A DNA stretch of 64,000 nt from an uncultured Patescibacteria group bacterium (GCA_905478415.1 CAJQIG010000002.1:314699-378698); one strand, 5' to 3'; shown: positions 1-10,449, counted from the stretch's first letter. The notes: generated by a model not told the origin, from the letters alone. Numbers and translations: made by a program.

Positions 1-1
1 C

Positions 2-88
2 TCTAACTTTGATTGTTTTGTGATCTGTGGAGAAAGTTTCCACGTGATTGCGGCAATTATATTTTTTATTTTGTTCCTGCTGATCTAA
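2..88 (+). CDS. 3' end of a gene entering the window (hydrophobic C-terminus)
   Basis: Frame 2 is open from the window edge (SNFDCFVICGESFHVIAAIIFFILFLLI*) and is followed by a hairpin plus T-tract at about 95-125. Confidence 0.4.
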   Translation, partial: SNFDCFVICGESFHVIAAIIFFILFLLI

Positions 89-189
89 TAAAGTAAGAGC
101 CAGAATCTCAGGCTTCTTTTGTTTTTTAAGCTTTTTTAGCCCTGGCATTTTGTCGGGGCTATTTTTTTTAACGAAAAAATACTTATAAA

Positions 190-295
190 TTGACCCATAG
201 TAGTTTTTAAGATACAATACCAGGTGTATTTCTTCTGCCGAAGGAGGGTTGTCCTCTTATGCTGCGAGTTCGGAAGAAATACTATTTCTTTAACA
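190..295 (+). promoter_or_regulatory. sigma70 promoter, 5' hairpin and boxA-like motif
   Basis: TTGACC(190-195)-17 bp-TACAAT(213-218). Stem GTATTTCTTCTG(226-237)/CGGAAGAAATAC(271-282), then TTTCTTTAACA(285-295), then GGAG SD. Confidence 0.65.
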
Positions 296-309
296 GGAGC
301 GTGTAAAAA

Positions 310-660
310 ATGTCTCGTTTCAATTTTCACTTCAATGTCAACTTTGCTGAAGTGGCGCGAAACTTGAGCGCCATTATGTTCTTTTTCTTTTTGCCAGGGA
401 TTGTCCTGGCTGTTGGGAGCGGATGGTTGGTCTTTATTCCGTCCCTGATGATGGGTATTGCAGGGGCTGGATTAGCCACACATTTATCTACATTTTGGAT
501 TGGTTTTGTGATTGGGTTCTTGTATTTTGTCGGCTTTGTGGTCGTGTACAAGGCCGAAGTTAACAAAGCCCCAGGGAATGAGGTGAGCGTGGCCACTGTG
601 TTAACGGCTGCCATTTCGGCTACCATCTGGGGAATCGTCATTGGACTGATTTTTCTCTAG
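310..660 (+). CDS. hypothetical membrane protein
   Basis: 116 aa with several hydrophobic segments; has its own promoter, SD and terminator. Confidence 0.75.
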   Translation: MSRFNFHFNVNFAEVARNLSAIMFFFFLPGIVLAVGSGWLVFIPSLMMGIAGAGLATHLSTFWIGFVIGFLYFVGFVVVYKAEVNKAPGNEVSVATVLTAAISATIWGIVIGLIFL

Positions 661-686
661 AGCACTACTCATAATCCTGTAAAAGT

Positions 687-720
687 AAATGCCTCACTCA
701 TTTTTGAGTGGGGCATTTTT
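687..720. terminator. intrinsic terminator between convergent genes
   Basis: AAATGCCTCACTCA-tttt-TGAGTGGGGCATTT followed by Ts. Confidence 0.8.
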
Positions 721-1369
721 ATGTTTCGAGGTGGATGAATGCTTCTTCAACAACCAGTTGGACATTACAATTGGTTTCCAGCCGTTTTTTTAGTTGTAAG
801 ATTTCTTTCAAGTTTGATGCATGTAGTTGATTGCCTGGTTCTTTCTCCATTTTTTTATGAAGTATCTGTACTAATTCGTTCGCAAGGGTTAGTGCTTCAG
901 TGCGGTCTTTGTACGTTTCAGCTAATTCAATTTTTTTGGGAAGTGTGGCTTCTATAAGTGTGTGGTAGAGATCTTCATTAAAGGTTTGGGAAACAATTTT
1001 CTTTGTTTGTAAAATACATCTTGATTGGATTGTCGGCAAGATAGCATCGAGAGTTTTAGTTACCAGTAGAAATTGGGTATGTGGAGGTGGTTCTTCAACC
1101 AGTTTGAGCAATGCATTTTGGGCGGCTGAGGTAGCAGTATCGATTCCCAACAAGATAAAATAGTGTGGATTTTTGGCTGTAGCAGCAAAGCTAGCTTTTT
1201 CTTGAAGATCTCTAATCTGGGCAATTTTTAGTTTCTCGTTTTCAGTACCTATCCAGGTTATATGAGGATACATTTCGGTGCGACCAAAAGTGGTAAGTAC
1301 ATAGTCTTTAGCTTCTGCAAGCAAGTCGGTAGCGATCAGTAAGTGTGAGGTGAAGTAATTTGGTTTCAT
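719..1369 (-). CDS. holB: DNA polymerase III delta' subunit (short form)
   Basis: Motifs IAQIRDLQ, AQNALLKLVEEPP and ILPTIQSRC of the clamp-loader delta' family. Confidence 0.85.
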   Translation of the reverse strand: MKPNYFTSHLLIATDLLAEAKDYVLTTFGRTEMYPHITWIGTENEKLKIAQIRDLQEKASFAATAKNPHYFILLGIDTATSAAQNALLKLVEEPPPHTQFLLVTKTLDAILPTIQSRCILQTKKIVSQTFNEDLYHTLIEATLPKKIELAETYKDRTEALTLANELVQILHKKMEKEPGNQLHASNLKEILQLKKRLETNCNVQLVVEEAFIHLET

Positions 1370-1447
1370 GTGTTCTTGTGTTGAGCTTATTCTAATAGAA
1401 GTCTATTGTTCTGATGGCTATTTTACTCTATAGTGGTTAGTGTACCT

Positions 1448-3730
1448 ATGCAAGATCCTGCCCAAGATCCACAAGCTATGAAGATTCCTGAGAATAAACC
1501 CGTCGGTAGCATGGGAAGTAACTCTGGTGGAATCTCTATTCCTACAAGCGATCCTGTTGCCAGCACCAGCATGAGTACCGGAGGTAGTGTATCTCCAACA
1601 GACCAGACTTTACAAGATGAAGCCCAAGTTGGGACCGAAGATTTATCAGCCGCGGCTGGAGCAGTTGACCAATTGCTCGCCACCGCCGATGAAGGTTCCG
1701 CAGCTCCAGCTGTTTCGGCAGTGCCTGATGCGACTCCCGCCTCCGCTCCTACAACTGAACCAGTAGAAGCTGCACCCGTTGCAGAAGCGCCAACCTCAAC
1801 GTCGACAACAGAAACAATCGAAGTACCCACTGAGTCTGCAGCAACCACAACAACTCCGCCAGCGGCTACTCCAGCTGCAGAAGAATTACCAGCCGATGCA
1901 CCAGTTCCTGCACCAGAGCCTGTTGAAGCCACCGAGACACCAGCTGTAGCACAACCAACTGCTGACAGTGCAACCCCAGCTACTCCAACACCTGGTGGTA
2001 AACCCAACTCAATTTTAGATATTTTGCTTGCAAGTGGTGAGGTAACGGAAGAAGCTTTCAATCAAGTCAGTGTCGAGCACATTAGTAGTGGTACGCCAAT
2101 TGAAAAAATTCTGACAGACAAAAACTATGCTGGTGAAGAGGCAATTACGAAAGCCAAAGCTGAGTTTAATAATGTCCCTTTTATAAAAATTGCTGATACT
2201 GGTACCGATCCTCAAGCGTTAACACAGTTGCCAGAGAGTGTAGCTCGAACCTACAAGATGTTGCCAATCAGTTTCAATAAAGCTGATAATCACATGGTCG
2301 TGGCCATGATCAACCCTTTGGATTTAGCGGCCATTGACTTTGCAGAAAAAAAATCTGGTGTTCGGATTGAAGCTCGGTATGCTATGCCGTCAGAGCTCGA
2401 ACGGACCATGGCTGAGCACTACTCACAGTCGCTTTCGAGTGAAGTTACTGAAGCTCTGCAAGAGACCTCACAAGTTGCCCAATCAAAGCAGAAAAAAGAT
2501 AATTTCTCTGCTCTCTCGGGAGAGACTATTCGTCAGGCTCCAATTACCAAAATTGTCCATACTATCGTTGAGTTTGCTATGAAGGCGTTAGCTTCTGATA
2601 TTCACATTGAACCTCAAGAGGGTCGCACTCGTGTGCGGTATCGTATTGATGGTATTTTGCAAGAAAAATTGATTTTGCCAGCTTCTGTGCATGATGCGGT
2701 GGTTTCAAGAATTAAAATTCTTTCTGATTTAAAGATTGATGAAAAACGTATCCCTCAGGATGGACGGTTCAACTTCCAAAATAATGATCAAGAGGTAGAT
2801 CTGCGTGTGTCTACCCTGCCGACTATTCATGGAGAAAAAATTGTGATGCGTTTGCTCAAGAAAGATCAGTCTGTACCAGATCTTCCTCAACTAGGACTTG
2901 ATGGTTTGGCTCTTAAAAACCTCAATGTAGCTAGTAAAGTGCCGCATGGCATTATTTTAGTTACTGGTCCGACTGGTTCTGGTAAAACGACGACGCTTTA
3001 CTCGGTTCTACACAAGATCAACTCTCCCAAAGTTAATATTATGACGCTCGAAGATCCGGTTGAGTATCAAATGACTGGTGTGAACCAAGTTCAGATTAAT
3101 CCTCAGGCTGGTTTGTCATTTGCTTCAGGACTACGTTCATTTTTGCGACAAGATCCCAATATTATCATGGTGGGAGAAATTCGTGACTCCGAAACGGCTG
3201 AACTTGCGGTGCAGGCAGCCCTGACTGGTCACTTAGTCTTCTCTACCCTCCATACTTCGAGTGCAGCTGGTGCTTTGCCACGTCTGCTCGATATGGGTGC
3301 CGAACCATTTTTACTCGCTTCGTCTATTACACTCGTAATGGCCCAGCGTGTGCTTCGAAAAATAAATGAAAAATATAAAGAAGAATACAAGCCAGAACCG
3401 GCAATAATTGAAGATATCAAAAAAGTCTTGGGTCCTCGCTTTGATGAATGGTGTACACAAAATAAAAAGAAGCCGGAAGATATTATGTTGATGAGAACTA
3501 AAAAAGATCGTCCGCAAACAGAACCAGAGTACCGAGGTCGTGTGGCTATTTTTGAGGTGATGCCGATTAGTGAAGCCATTTCAAAACTTATTTTGGAACG
3601 TCGTCCTTCTTCAGAAATGGAAAAATTAGCTATGTCAGAAGGTATGTTGCTCATGAAGCAAGATGGGTATATTAAGGCCCTCAATGGAGTTACTACAATA
3701 GAAGAGGTAGTACGTGTGGCACAAATCTAG
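1448..3730 (+). CDS. pilB: type IV pilus assembly ATPase PilB/GspE with long A/P/T/E-rich N-terminal extension
   Basis: ASDIHIEP, GPTGSGKTT Walker A, LRQDPNIIMVGEIRD, TGHLVFSTLH. Start could alternatively be GTG 1433. Confidence 0.95.
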   Translation: MQDPAQDPQAMKIPENKPVGSMGSNSGGISIPTSDPVASTSMSTGGSVSPTDQTLQDEAQVGTEDLSAAAGAVDQLLATADEGSAAPAVSAVPDATPASAPTTEPVEAAPVAEAPTSTSTTETIEVPTESAATTTTPPAATPAAEELPADAPVPAPEPVEATETPAVAQPTADSATPATPTPGGKPNSILDILLASGEVTEEAFNQVSVEHISSGTPIEKILTDKNYAGEEAITKAKAEFNNVPFIKIADTGTDPQALTQLPESVARTYKMLPISFNKADNHMVVAMINPLDLAAIDFAEKKSGVRIEARYAMPSELERTMAEHYSQSLSSEVTEALQETSQVAQSKQKKDNFSALSGETIRQAPITKIVHTIVEFAMKALASDIHIEPQEGRTRVRYRIDGILQEKLILPASVHDAVVSRIKILSDLKIDEKRIPQDGRFNFQNNDQEVDLRVSTLPTIHGEKIVMRLLKKDQSVPDLPQLGLDGLALKNLNVASKVPHGIILVTGPTGSGKTTTLYSVLHKINSPKVNIMTLEDPVEYQMTGVNQVQINPQAGLSFASGLRSFLRQDPNIIMVGEIRDSETAELAVQAALTGHLVFSTLHTSSAAGALPRLLDMGAEPFLLASSITLVMAQRVLRKINEKYKEEYKPEPAIIEDIKKVLGPRFDEWCTQNKKKPEDIMLMRTKKDRPQTEPEYRGRVAIFEVMPISEAISKLILERRPSSEMEKLAMSEGMLLMKQDGYIKALNGVTTIEEVVRVAQI

Positions 3731-3769
3731 TGTGGCTGCACACAACAGTGGTACAGTAAGGAGTAGGAT

Positions 3770-4834
3770 ATGAATATACATGACATTTTACAGTCGCTCG
3801 TAGATCAAGAAGGATCTGACGTTCACATTGTGGTTGGGACACCGCCAGTCTTACGTGTCAATGGTGTTCTCTCTCCTGTTCCAAACTCTCCCATTTTAGG
3901 ACCAAAAGAGTGTGAAGCTCTGATTTATCCGATTTTGACTCAAGAACAAAAGGATTACGTTGGGGTTAATAAAGAACTCGATTTTGGATACCAGTTTAAA
4001 GAACACGGCCGTTTTCGTGTCAATGTGTACCACAGTAAAGGCTCCTTGGCTGCAGCTCTGCGTTTGATTCCAAGTAAAGTTAAGACTCTAGAAGATTTAC
4101 ATCTGCCTGAGATCTTTAAAGATTTTACGATGTTCAAACAGGGACTTGTCCTCATCACTGGTCCAACCGGTGAAGGTAAGTCAACAACCTTAGCGGCCAT
4201 GATTCAACGAATTAATGAAACTCGAGCTGAGCATATTCTCACCATCGAAGACCCAATCGAGTTTATGTACACGCCAGCAAAGAGTGTCATTTCTCAGCGT
4301 GAAATTAACCATGACACTCATGGATGGGATATCGCTCTTAAGTCTGTTCTTCGTGAAGACCCAGATGTAGTTCTGATTGGTGAAATGCGTGACTTTGAAA
4401 CTATTGCCTCGGCTATTACTATTGCCGAAACAGGCCACTTAGTGTTTGCTACTTTGCATACAGCCAGTGCTGCACAAACAATTGACCGTATCATTGACGT
4501 CTTTCCTGCTCATCAGCAAGGACAGGTACGTCAACAGTTAGCAGCCACGCTTAAAGTTGTGGCTTCCCAGCGTTTGCTTCCAAATCCGGCGGGTGGTCGT
4601 GTGGCTGCACTCGAAATTATGGTGGCTAACCCAGCTATTCGGAATCTTATTCGTGAAGCTAAGACTCACCAGATTGATAACGTCATGCAGACGTCTGCTG
4701 GTGACGGAATGGTCTTGATCGAAACTCACCTCCAGCAGCTATTGCAACAAGGTGCTATTACGCAAGCTAGTGCTTTAGAGTATGCTTTTAGAAAAGAAGA
4801 TCTTGAACGATTACTAGGTAAGTCTGCCGCATAA
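3770..4834 (+). CDS. pilT: type IV pilus retraction ATPase
   Basis: GPTGEGKST, EDPIEF, LREDPDVVLIGEMRD, AIRNLIRE motif. Confidence 0.95.
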   Translation: MNIHDILQSLVDQEGSDVHIVVGTPPVLRVNGVLSPVPNSPILGPKECEALIYPILTQEQKDYVGVNKELDFGYQFKEHGRFRVNVYHSKGSLAAALRLIPSKVKTLEDLHLPEIFKDFTMFKQGLVLITGPTGEGKSTTLAAMIQRINETRAEHILTIEDPIEFMYTPAKSVISQREINHDTHGWDIALKSVLREDPDVVLIGEMRDFETIASAITIAETGHLVFATLHTASAAQTIDRIIDVFPAHQQGQVRQQLAATLKVVASQRLLPNPAGGRVAALEIMVANPAIRNLIREAKTHQIDNVMQTSAGDGMVLIETHLQQLLQQGAITQASALEYAFRKEDLERLLGKSAA

Positions 4835-4836
4835 TT

Positions 4837-6036
4837 ATGCCATTTTTTAAATATACCGCCAAAAACCAGTTTAGCGAAAACGTTACGGGAAAAGTTGAAG
4901 CTCAGAGTATCGATCAGGCTGCTTCCCTTTTGCAAAGTCGTGGACTCTTAGTTATTAAACTTAACCCTTTGACAGAACAGTCTTTTGCTGCCATTAGTAA
5001 TGCCCTTTTTGGGGTTAAGCTTGATGATATTGTGAACTTTACCCGTCAGTTGGCCACTATGATTACAGCTGGTTTGCCGTTGGCTAATGGGTTGTCTATT
5101 TTGGTTCGACAAAGCAAGCCAGAAATGTCACGGCTAGTAGCTACTCTTCTCCAAGATGTTGAAGGTGGTAATACGTTTGCTTCAGCCTTAGAGAAGCATC
5201 CAGAGTTTTCTCGAATTTATGTGCAGTTAGTCCGAGCAGGTGAAGTTGGTGGTGTGCTTGATGATGTGCTCAACCGTTTGGCTGACAACATGGAAAAGCA
5301 GAAAGAATTTCGAGCCAAAACAAAAGGCGCCATGATTTATCCAGTCATTGTGATTATTGCTATGGTCGCGGTTGGTTTTATTATGATGATTTTCGTGATT
5401 CCAAAGCTAACTGAAATGTACAAAGACTTTGGTGCAGAGTTGCCATTACCTACGATGATTTTGATTGGTATCTCTGATTTTATGGTTAAGTTCTGGTACA
5501 TCATGATTGGGGGAGCTGTGGGTGGGTATGTGGCCCTGAACCGTTGGAGAAAAACACCAGTTGGTCGAACGCAGTGGGATCGATATGTTTTGAAAATTCC
5601 CATTTTTGGTATTCTGCGTCAAAAAGTGATTTTGACTGAGTTTGCTCGCACACTCTCCCTCCTCTTGGAGGCTGGTATTTCCTTACTTCAAGCACTTGAA
5701 ATTGTGACTGAAGGTGTCGAGAACCAAATTTATCGAGATGCCCTCAAGCAAGCTACTGACCAAGTCGAAAAAGGTGTTTCTTTGAGTCAGGCACTTTCTC
5801 GTCATGATGAGTTTCCACCGATTCTCCACCAAATGATGAGTGTGGGTGAGGAAACAGGTAAACTGGATGACGTGCTTTTCAAATTAGCTAAGTATTTTGA
5901 GCAAGAAGCTGAGCAGGCTATCAAAAACTTGACCGCCGCTATGGAGCCACTGATTATGGTGGTTTTAGGTGTGGGTGTGGGTGCAATGGTGATTGCGGTC
6001 ATTATGCCAATTTACAACCTGACAAGTCAGTTCTAG
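4837..6036 (+). CDS. pilC: type IV pilus platform protein PilC/GspF
   Basis: FTRQLATMITAGLPL, GEVGGVLD, GEETGKLD; two T2SSF domains. Confidence 0.95.
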   Translation: MPFFKYTAKNQFSENVTGKVEAQSIDQAASLLQSRGLLVIKLNPLTEQSFAAISNALFGVKLDDIVNFTRQLATMITAGLPLANGLSILVRQSKPEMSRLVATLLQDVEGGNTFASALEKHPEFSRIYVQLVRAGEVGGVLDDVLNRLADNMEKQKEFRAKTKGAMIYPVIVIIAMVAVGFIMMIFVIPKLTEMYKDFGAELPLPTMILIGISDFMVKFWYIMIGGAVGGYVALNRWRKTPVGRTQWDRYVLKIPIFGILRQKVILTEFARTLSLLLEAGISLLQALEIVTEGVENQIYRDALKQATDQVEKGVSLSQALSRHDEFPPILHQMMSVGEETGKLDDVLFKLAKYFEQEAEQAIKNLTAAMEPLIMVVLGVGVGAMVIAVIMPIYNLTSQF

Positions 6037-6343
6037 TTCTTCAGTTTGTATAAAATATAATTTTTCATTAGTAGTAGTGCTGCTTAAACCCGAATAAGAC
6101 ACGAATAAAATAGATCATAAAAATGATTGATTTAGCAAGTAAAATGGAATATGCTGGATTTTAGCAGTCATTGCTCAACACTGCTAGTGTCCGATAAGTG
6201 ATTTTGCAAGGTGTATAGTAGTATCTACTGTGATGGAACTGCTTGTGAATGATACTTGTCAAGAAGGTTCACTTTAGTATAGAGTAAACATACGTATTGT
6301 TTCAAATATATAAAGGAACTAATTAGTTTAGAGGTAAAAAATT

Positions 6344-7021
6344 ATGAAACTGTCCAAAAGACTTCATTCACTTTTAACCTCAGCCCGATCGGCTGCAGGT
6401 TTTACTATGATTGAATTGCTGATCGTGATTTCAATTCTTGGTATTTTAGCAGTCGCTGTGCTTTCAGCTATTAACCCGGTTGAGCAGATCAATAGAGGTC
6501 GTGACACTGGTTCTCGTTCAGATGCTGAACAGCTCCTGAGTGCTATGGATCGTTTTAATGCTTTCCAGGGGTATTATCCTTGGGTCACAAACCCAACAGA
6601 TGTAGATCTTTTGGATGATGGTGCTGGTGGCATGCTGCTTATAGATGATACTTGGATGGTAAGTGGTGCTTCAGCTACAAATGGTGACTGTTCTGTTCTT
6701 CTCAGACTTGGTGATGGTGACAGTGCAGCAGCCGATGCTTGTACTGGTTCACTCGAACTGAAACGATCGTTTACTCAAAGAATTACCGATGCTGGCTATA
6801 ACCCACTCTATGCTTACAACGAAGGTGGACAGGGTGATAGTACCTATGTCTGCTTCACTCCTCAATCTGGAGCTTTTGTTCAAGAAGCTGAAACCCGATG
6901 TCAGGATGATGCCGGAGCTGGACTCCCTGGAGATCTCCAGGCTGTGGCTGCACAGGTATGTGGTGGACACTCACAAGGTGCTGCACCAGATCCAACTAAC
7001 ATGATGATTTGTCTTCCCTAG
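6344..7021 (+). CDS. type IV pilin, probable major pilin
   Basis: Class III signal G|FTMIELLIVISILGILAVAVL; long upstream intergenic region, SD, and a terminator directly downstream. Confidence 0.9.
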   Translation: MKLSKRLHSLLTSARSAAGFTMIELLIVISILGILAVAVLSAINPVEQINRGRDTGSRSDAEQLLSAMDRFNAFQGYYPWVTNPTDVDLLDDGAGGMLLIDDTWMVSGASATNGDCSVLLRLGDGDSAAADACTGSLELKRSFTQRITDAGYNPLYAYNEGGQGDSTYVCFTPQSGAFVQEAETRCQDDAGAGLPGDLQAVAAQVCGGHSQGAAPDPTNMMICLP

Positions 7022-7043
7022 TTAGTTGTAAATATATGAAACT

Positions 7044-7080
7044 AATCCCAGCCAGGTCGAAAGCCTGGCTGGATTTTTTT
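7044..7080 (+). terminator. intrinsic terminator after pilin
   Basis: CCAGCCAGG-tcgaaag-CCTGGCTGG plus a T7 tract. Confidence 0.9.
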
Positions 7081-7124
7081 ATAGTCAATTGAGAGGAGTG
7101 TTCAGTGGTATACTTAGAAACGCT

Positions 7125-7943
7125 ATGACACTCTTGGTCTTTTTGCTTCCGGCCCTTTTCTTCTTTCTACTCGGAATTGTTTTGGGTAGTTTTCTTAATG
7201 TTGTCATTCTGCGCTCCATCCGTGAAGAATCTTGGTTGGGTGGACGTTCCCACTGTGATGTCTGCGAAACAACTATTGCTTGGTACGATAACATTCCCCT
7301 ACTCTCTTATTTAGTACTGCGTGGTAAGTGTAGACACTGTCGAACAGCTATTTCACTTTCACATCCAGTTGTTGAAGGATTAACGGGCCTTTTATTCGTT
7401 TGGTGGTATGCCGGCCTCTTTTTCTTCTTTAAGTTGACCCAAGAACCATTTGTAATTTTGCAGCCACTTTTTTGGCTCCTCGTAGCAGTGTTGTTAGTAA
7501 TTATTTTTTTCACCGATATTTTGGTGTACTTAATTCCTGACAGAATGGTGATTCTGCTTTCAGGCTTAGTGCTGGTGTATTATGTGGCATTGTTACTCGC
7601 TGGCATTATGCAGCCAATGGACTTTTTGTATTCACTGATCAGTATGAGTGTGGCTGTCGCCTTCTTTTATGCGCTTTGGTACTTCACTCAAGGGAGAGGG
7701 TTAGGGTTTGGAGACGTAAAGTTAATTGCTCCGTTGTCCTTGCTGATGGGGTGGCCAGCAACGGTAGTAGGCATCTTTTCAGCTTTTATTTTAGGGGCAG
7801 TTGTGGGTATTTTTCTGATTATTTTAGGGAAAAAGAAACTCAAGCAACCAATGCCGTTTGGTCCGTTTTTAATTATTGGAGCAGTTATTGCCTTGTTGTG
7901 GGGACATGACATTTTTTCGTGGTACTTAGGCTTTTTGTACTAG
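7125..7943 (+). CDS. pilD: prepilin peptidase
   Basis: GSFLNVVI, RSHCDVC, LRGKCRHC, GFGDVKL, PFGPFL. ATG 7125 lies 10 nt after TGgTATACT. Confidence 0.95.
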   Translation: MTLLVFLLPALFFFLLGIVLGSFLNVVILRSIREESWLGGRSHCDVCETTIAWYDNIPLLSYLVLRGKCRHCRTAISLSHPVVEGLTGLLFVWWYAGLFFFFKLTQEPFVILQPLFWLLVAVLLVIIFFTDILVYLIPDRMVILLSGLVLVYYVALLLAGIMQPMDFLYSLISMSVAVAFFYALWYFTQGRGLGFGDVKLIAPLSLLMGWPATVVGIFSAFILGAVVGIFLIILGKKKLKQPMPFGPFLIIGAVIALLWGHDIFSWYLGFLY

Positions 7944-7995
7944 GTGCTATTTCAGAGGGGTGACAAGATATCATAAAATCCTGTAGTATAGATCT

Positions 7996-8955
7996 ATGCG
8001 TATTCTGACCTTTTTTGTAAAGATTACCATTATTCTGCTGTTGCTGAGTCTTGGTGTGTTTTTGTTGGCCCGTGAGGCATTACTTCTTTCTGCAGAACAT
8101 ATGGTGAAAAGTTCACTTTCCGAGATGGTGCTGGTTTCAAATAAAGGAAGTTATGCAGCTGCCTGTAGAGCCAAAGGGGTGAGTGATTTTTCGTTAGGAT
8201 CTGGTCCGGTCTTGCAGCTTCGATTCTTAAGTGATCAAGAGTATGTGGTTGAGGTAAACTGTGTGGCCAACTCAATTGATCCAGTACTTATTAATCAACA
8301 AAAGTTACCTCCCTTTGTGACCAAGGGGCAAGGTGGATCAGGATTTACTTTAGAGCCAAGACGAAGTGCTATTCAACTTGATGCTTTTGCCGAACTTGAA
8401 ACAGTTATTGATGAGATTGTTTTCTTTAAACCAACCTTTATTTCCCGCTCGCTGAGCATTGCGGCCGAAGGTGGCGAGATTATAATAGACGATGCTACTC
8501 CACTAGATTATGAGAATGGACCGGTCACCTCTTGCTCAGGATATGGTTATTTCTGTTGTGACGCAGTAGCAGAGCAAGGTGTTGGAGATTCGATCACGGG
8601 TCTTTCTGGTTGTGAGAAGAGTTGTTTTTCTCAATGTGTCAGCCGTCCACTAGTGCTTTCGTTTACTACCAATCCATTTTTTGAGTTTACCTCTCGCTCG
8701 CTGGCTGTGCGTAAGGGAGAGACTATTGAGTTCTCCTACGTTGCAGATGCAGGTAAAGGTAATTCTGTAACTGGTACGATTGAGTTTGGCGATGGCGAAA
8801 GTGAGTCTGTGTCGTCAGACACTGGCACAGTCGTACATAAATATGCTTGTGCTATGGCTCAGTGTAGCTATACAGCTCGAATTACGCTAGTTGATAACTG
8901 GGGAGTTGACTCGTCAGATACAGAAGTGAGCAGTATTAAGATTACTGTTCAGTAA
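7996..8955 (+). CDS. membrane-anchored Cys-rich protein with C-terminal PKD-like domain
   Basis: N-terminal TM segment, Cys cluster (CSGYGYFCC...CEKSCFSQC), PKD-like IEFGDG...VVHKY...YTARITLVD. Confidence 0.7.
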   Translation: MRILTFFVKITIILLLLSLGVFLLAREALLLSAEHMVKSSLSEMVLVSNKGSYAAACRAKGVSDFSLGSGPVLQLRFLSDQEYVVEVNCVANSIDPVLINQQKLPPFVTKGQGGSGFTLEPRRSAIQLDAFAELETVIDEIVFFKPTFISRSLSIAAEGGEIIIDDATPLDYENGPVTSCSGYGYFCCDAVAEQGVGDSITGLSGCEKSCFSQCVSRPLVLSFTTNPFFEFTSRSLAVRKGETIEFSYVADAGKGNSVTGTIEFGDGESESVSSDTGTVVHKYACAMAQCSYTARITLVDNWGVDSSDTEVSSIKITVQ

Positions 8956-9027
8956 GAGCTGATCGCTTGCTTTTTGAGGGTGTATCTGCCTAGAATAAGA
9001 AGAAAAAGTATAACAAAGGAAACTACT

Positions 9028-9453
9028 ATGCTAAAGAAAAATATGCGAGGTTTTACCCTACTAGAGCTACTAGTAGTTATCTCCATCATTGGTATCTTGA
9101 TTGCCATCAGTGCGGCTGCATTTACGAATGCGCAGCAAAAGGCTCGTAACGCTAAGCGGCAAGGTGATGTTAGTGCCATGTCGAAAGCATTTGAACAGTA
9201 CTACTCTATTAATGCCAGTAGTTATGGTGCCAACTGTACTGCTATGGCAGGTTCTATGTCTGGTGGTTCTCTCCCAACTGACCCTAAAGGCGGTTGGACT
9301 TCATACTCATGTACCAGTACTGGTGGTGTGACCAATACTTACTGTGTCTGTGCTCGCCTTGAACCAGCAGGAAATACCGATGGCAACTCAGGAGCAGCTT
9401 GTTCAGGTTTGGGTAGTGCCGGTGAATACTTTTGCCTAGTACAACAACAATAA
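9028..9453 (+). CDS. type IV pilin-like protein
   Basis: RG|FTLLELLVVISIIGIL; PTDP motif; several Cys. Confidence 0.9.
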   Translation: MLKKNMRGFTLLELLVVISIIGILIAISAAAFTNAQQKARNAKRQGDVSAMSKAFEQYYSINASSYGANCTAMAGSMSGGSLPTDPKGGWTSYSCTSTGGVTNTYCVCARLEPAGNTDGNSGAACSGLGSAGEYFCLVQQQ

Positions 9454-9470
9454 CCAAGAAAGTGGAACGT

Positions 9471-9884
9471 ATGAAAAAAAGAAACAATGCAGGTTTTACC
9501 CTAGTCGAGTTACTAGTGGTTGCAACCATTCTGATTGTCTTAACCACGATTGGCTTGATGAGTTTCCGCAACGCTGGTCAAAATTCGCGCGATGGTAAAC
9601 GTAAGTCTGATATAGAGTCAGTCCGCCAAGCGTTGGTGTTGCAGCGATCAGATACTGGAACCTATCCATCGGGAGCCTATTCGGCAGTTGTATCTGCTTT
9701 GATTACCGCTGATTACCTGACTGCACCTGCTCCAACAGATCCAAAAAATACCAGTCCATTTACTTATACGTATAGTTTAGCTGGTTCTGATTTCTGCTTG
9801 TGTGCTAATCAAATGGAAAATTCTGCCAATGCTAACGCTAATACTTGTGGACCAGCTGGTTCATATTGTGTAGAAAATCCGTAA
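9471..9884 (+). CDS. type IV pilin-like protein (GspG-like)
   Basis: AG|FTLVELLVVATIL; SRDGKRKSDI; PTDP. Confidence 0.9.
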   Translation: MKKRNNAGFTLVELLVVATILIVLTTIGLMSFRNAGQNSRDGKRKSDIESVRQALVLQRSDTGTYPSGAYSAVVSALITADYLTAPAPTDPKNTSPFTYTYSLAGSDFCLCANQMENSANANANTCGPAGSYCVENP

Positions 9885-9921
9885 ACGACTTGTTTTGTAC
9901 GAGATGCCTGAAAGCTGCCCT

Positions 9922-10449
9922 ATGAGAGTATCAACACTGAGACAAAAAGGTTTCACTTTAATCGAGATGATTATAACGGTCTCGATTATGTTGGTGATTT
10001 TAGGTGGATCCATAGCTGCTTTTATTAACTTTAACGATAAACAAGTGGTCCAAGCTACAGCTAGCGAAGTTAAACAGGTGCTCAAGTCCGCCCGGACGAA
10101 AGCTCGAGTTAGGGACAATACTGATCAGGCTGGCGGATGTGTGCTTCAGGGATATAAAGTTGAGACAAATGGTTCGAGCATTGAGACAAAGCTGCTGTGT
10201 GGTCCGGGTAAGTTCTCAATTACGGAGGGTCAAAATAGGGATACCTACCAAGTTCCTACCGGAATAACAGTGACGGCTATGGATATTTCTTTTTATACGC
10301 TTCTTGGTTCTGCAGAAGTGACTGTGCCAGCTGATAATATCATTCGTATTAATGGTGGAAGTAAATATTATCGTTTTGAAATTCAAGGGACAGGAGAAAT
10401 TTCTGAGGGCTGTTTTGTAAATGGCCCAGCAAGTGATACATGCCTATGA
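9922..10449 (+). CDS. minor pilin (FimT/FimU-like)
   Basis: KG|FTLIEMIITVSIML. Confidence 0.85.
   Translation: MRVSTLRQKGFTLIEMIITVSIMLVILGGSIAAFINFNDKQVVQATASEVKQVLKSARTKARVRDNTDQAGGCVLQGYKVETNGSSIETKLLCGPGKFSITEGQNRDTYQVPTGITVTAMDISFYTLLGSAEVTVPADNIIRINGGSKYYRFEIQGTGEISEGCFVNGPASDTCL

Noticed and set aside
1423-2061. 212-aa antisense ORF, and the many other short ORFs overlapping known genes
   Set aside because: They are shadows of real genes on the opposite strand or in another frame, with no motifs or expression signals.
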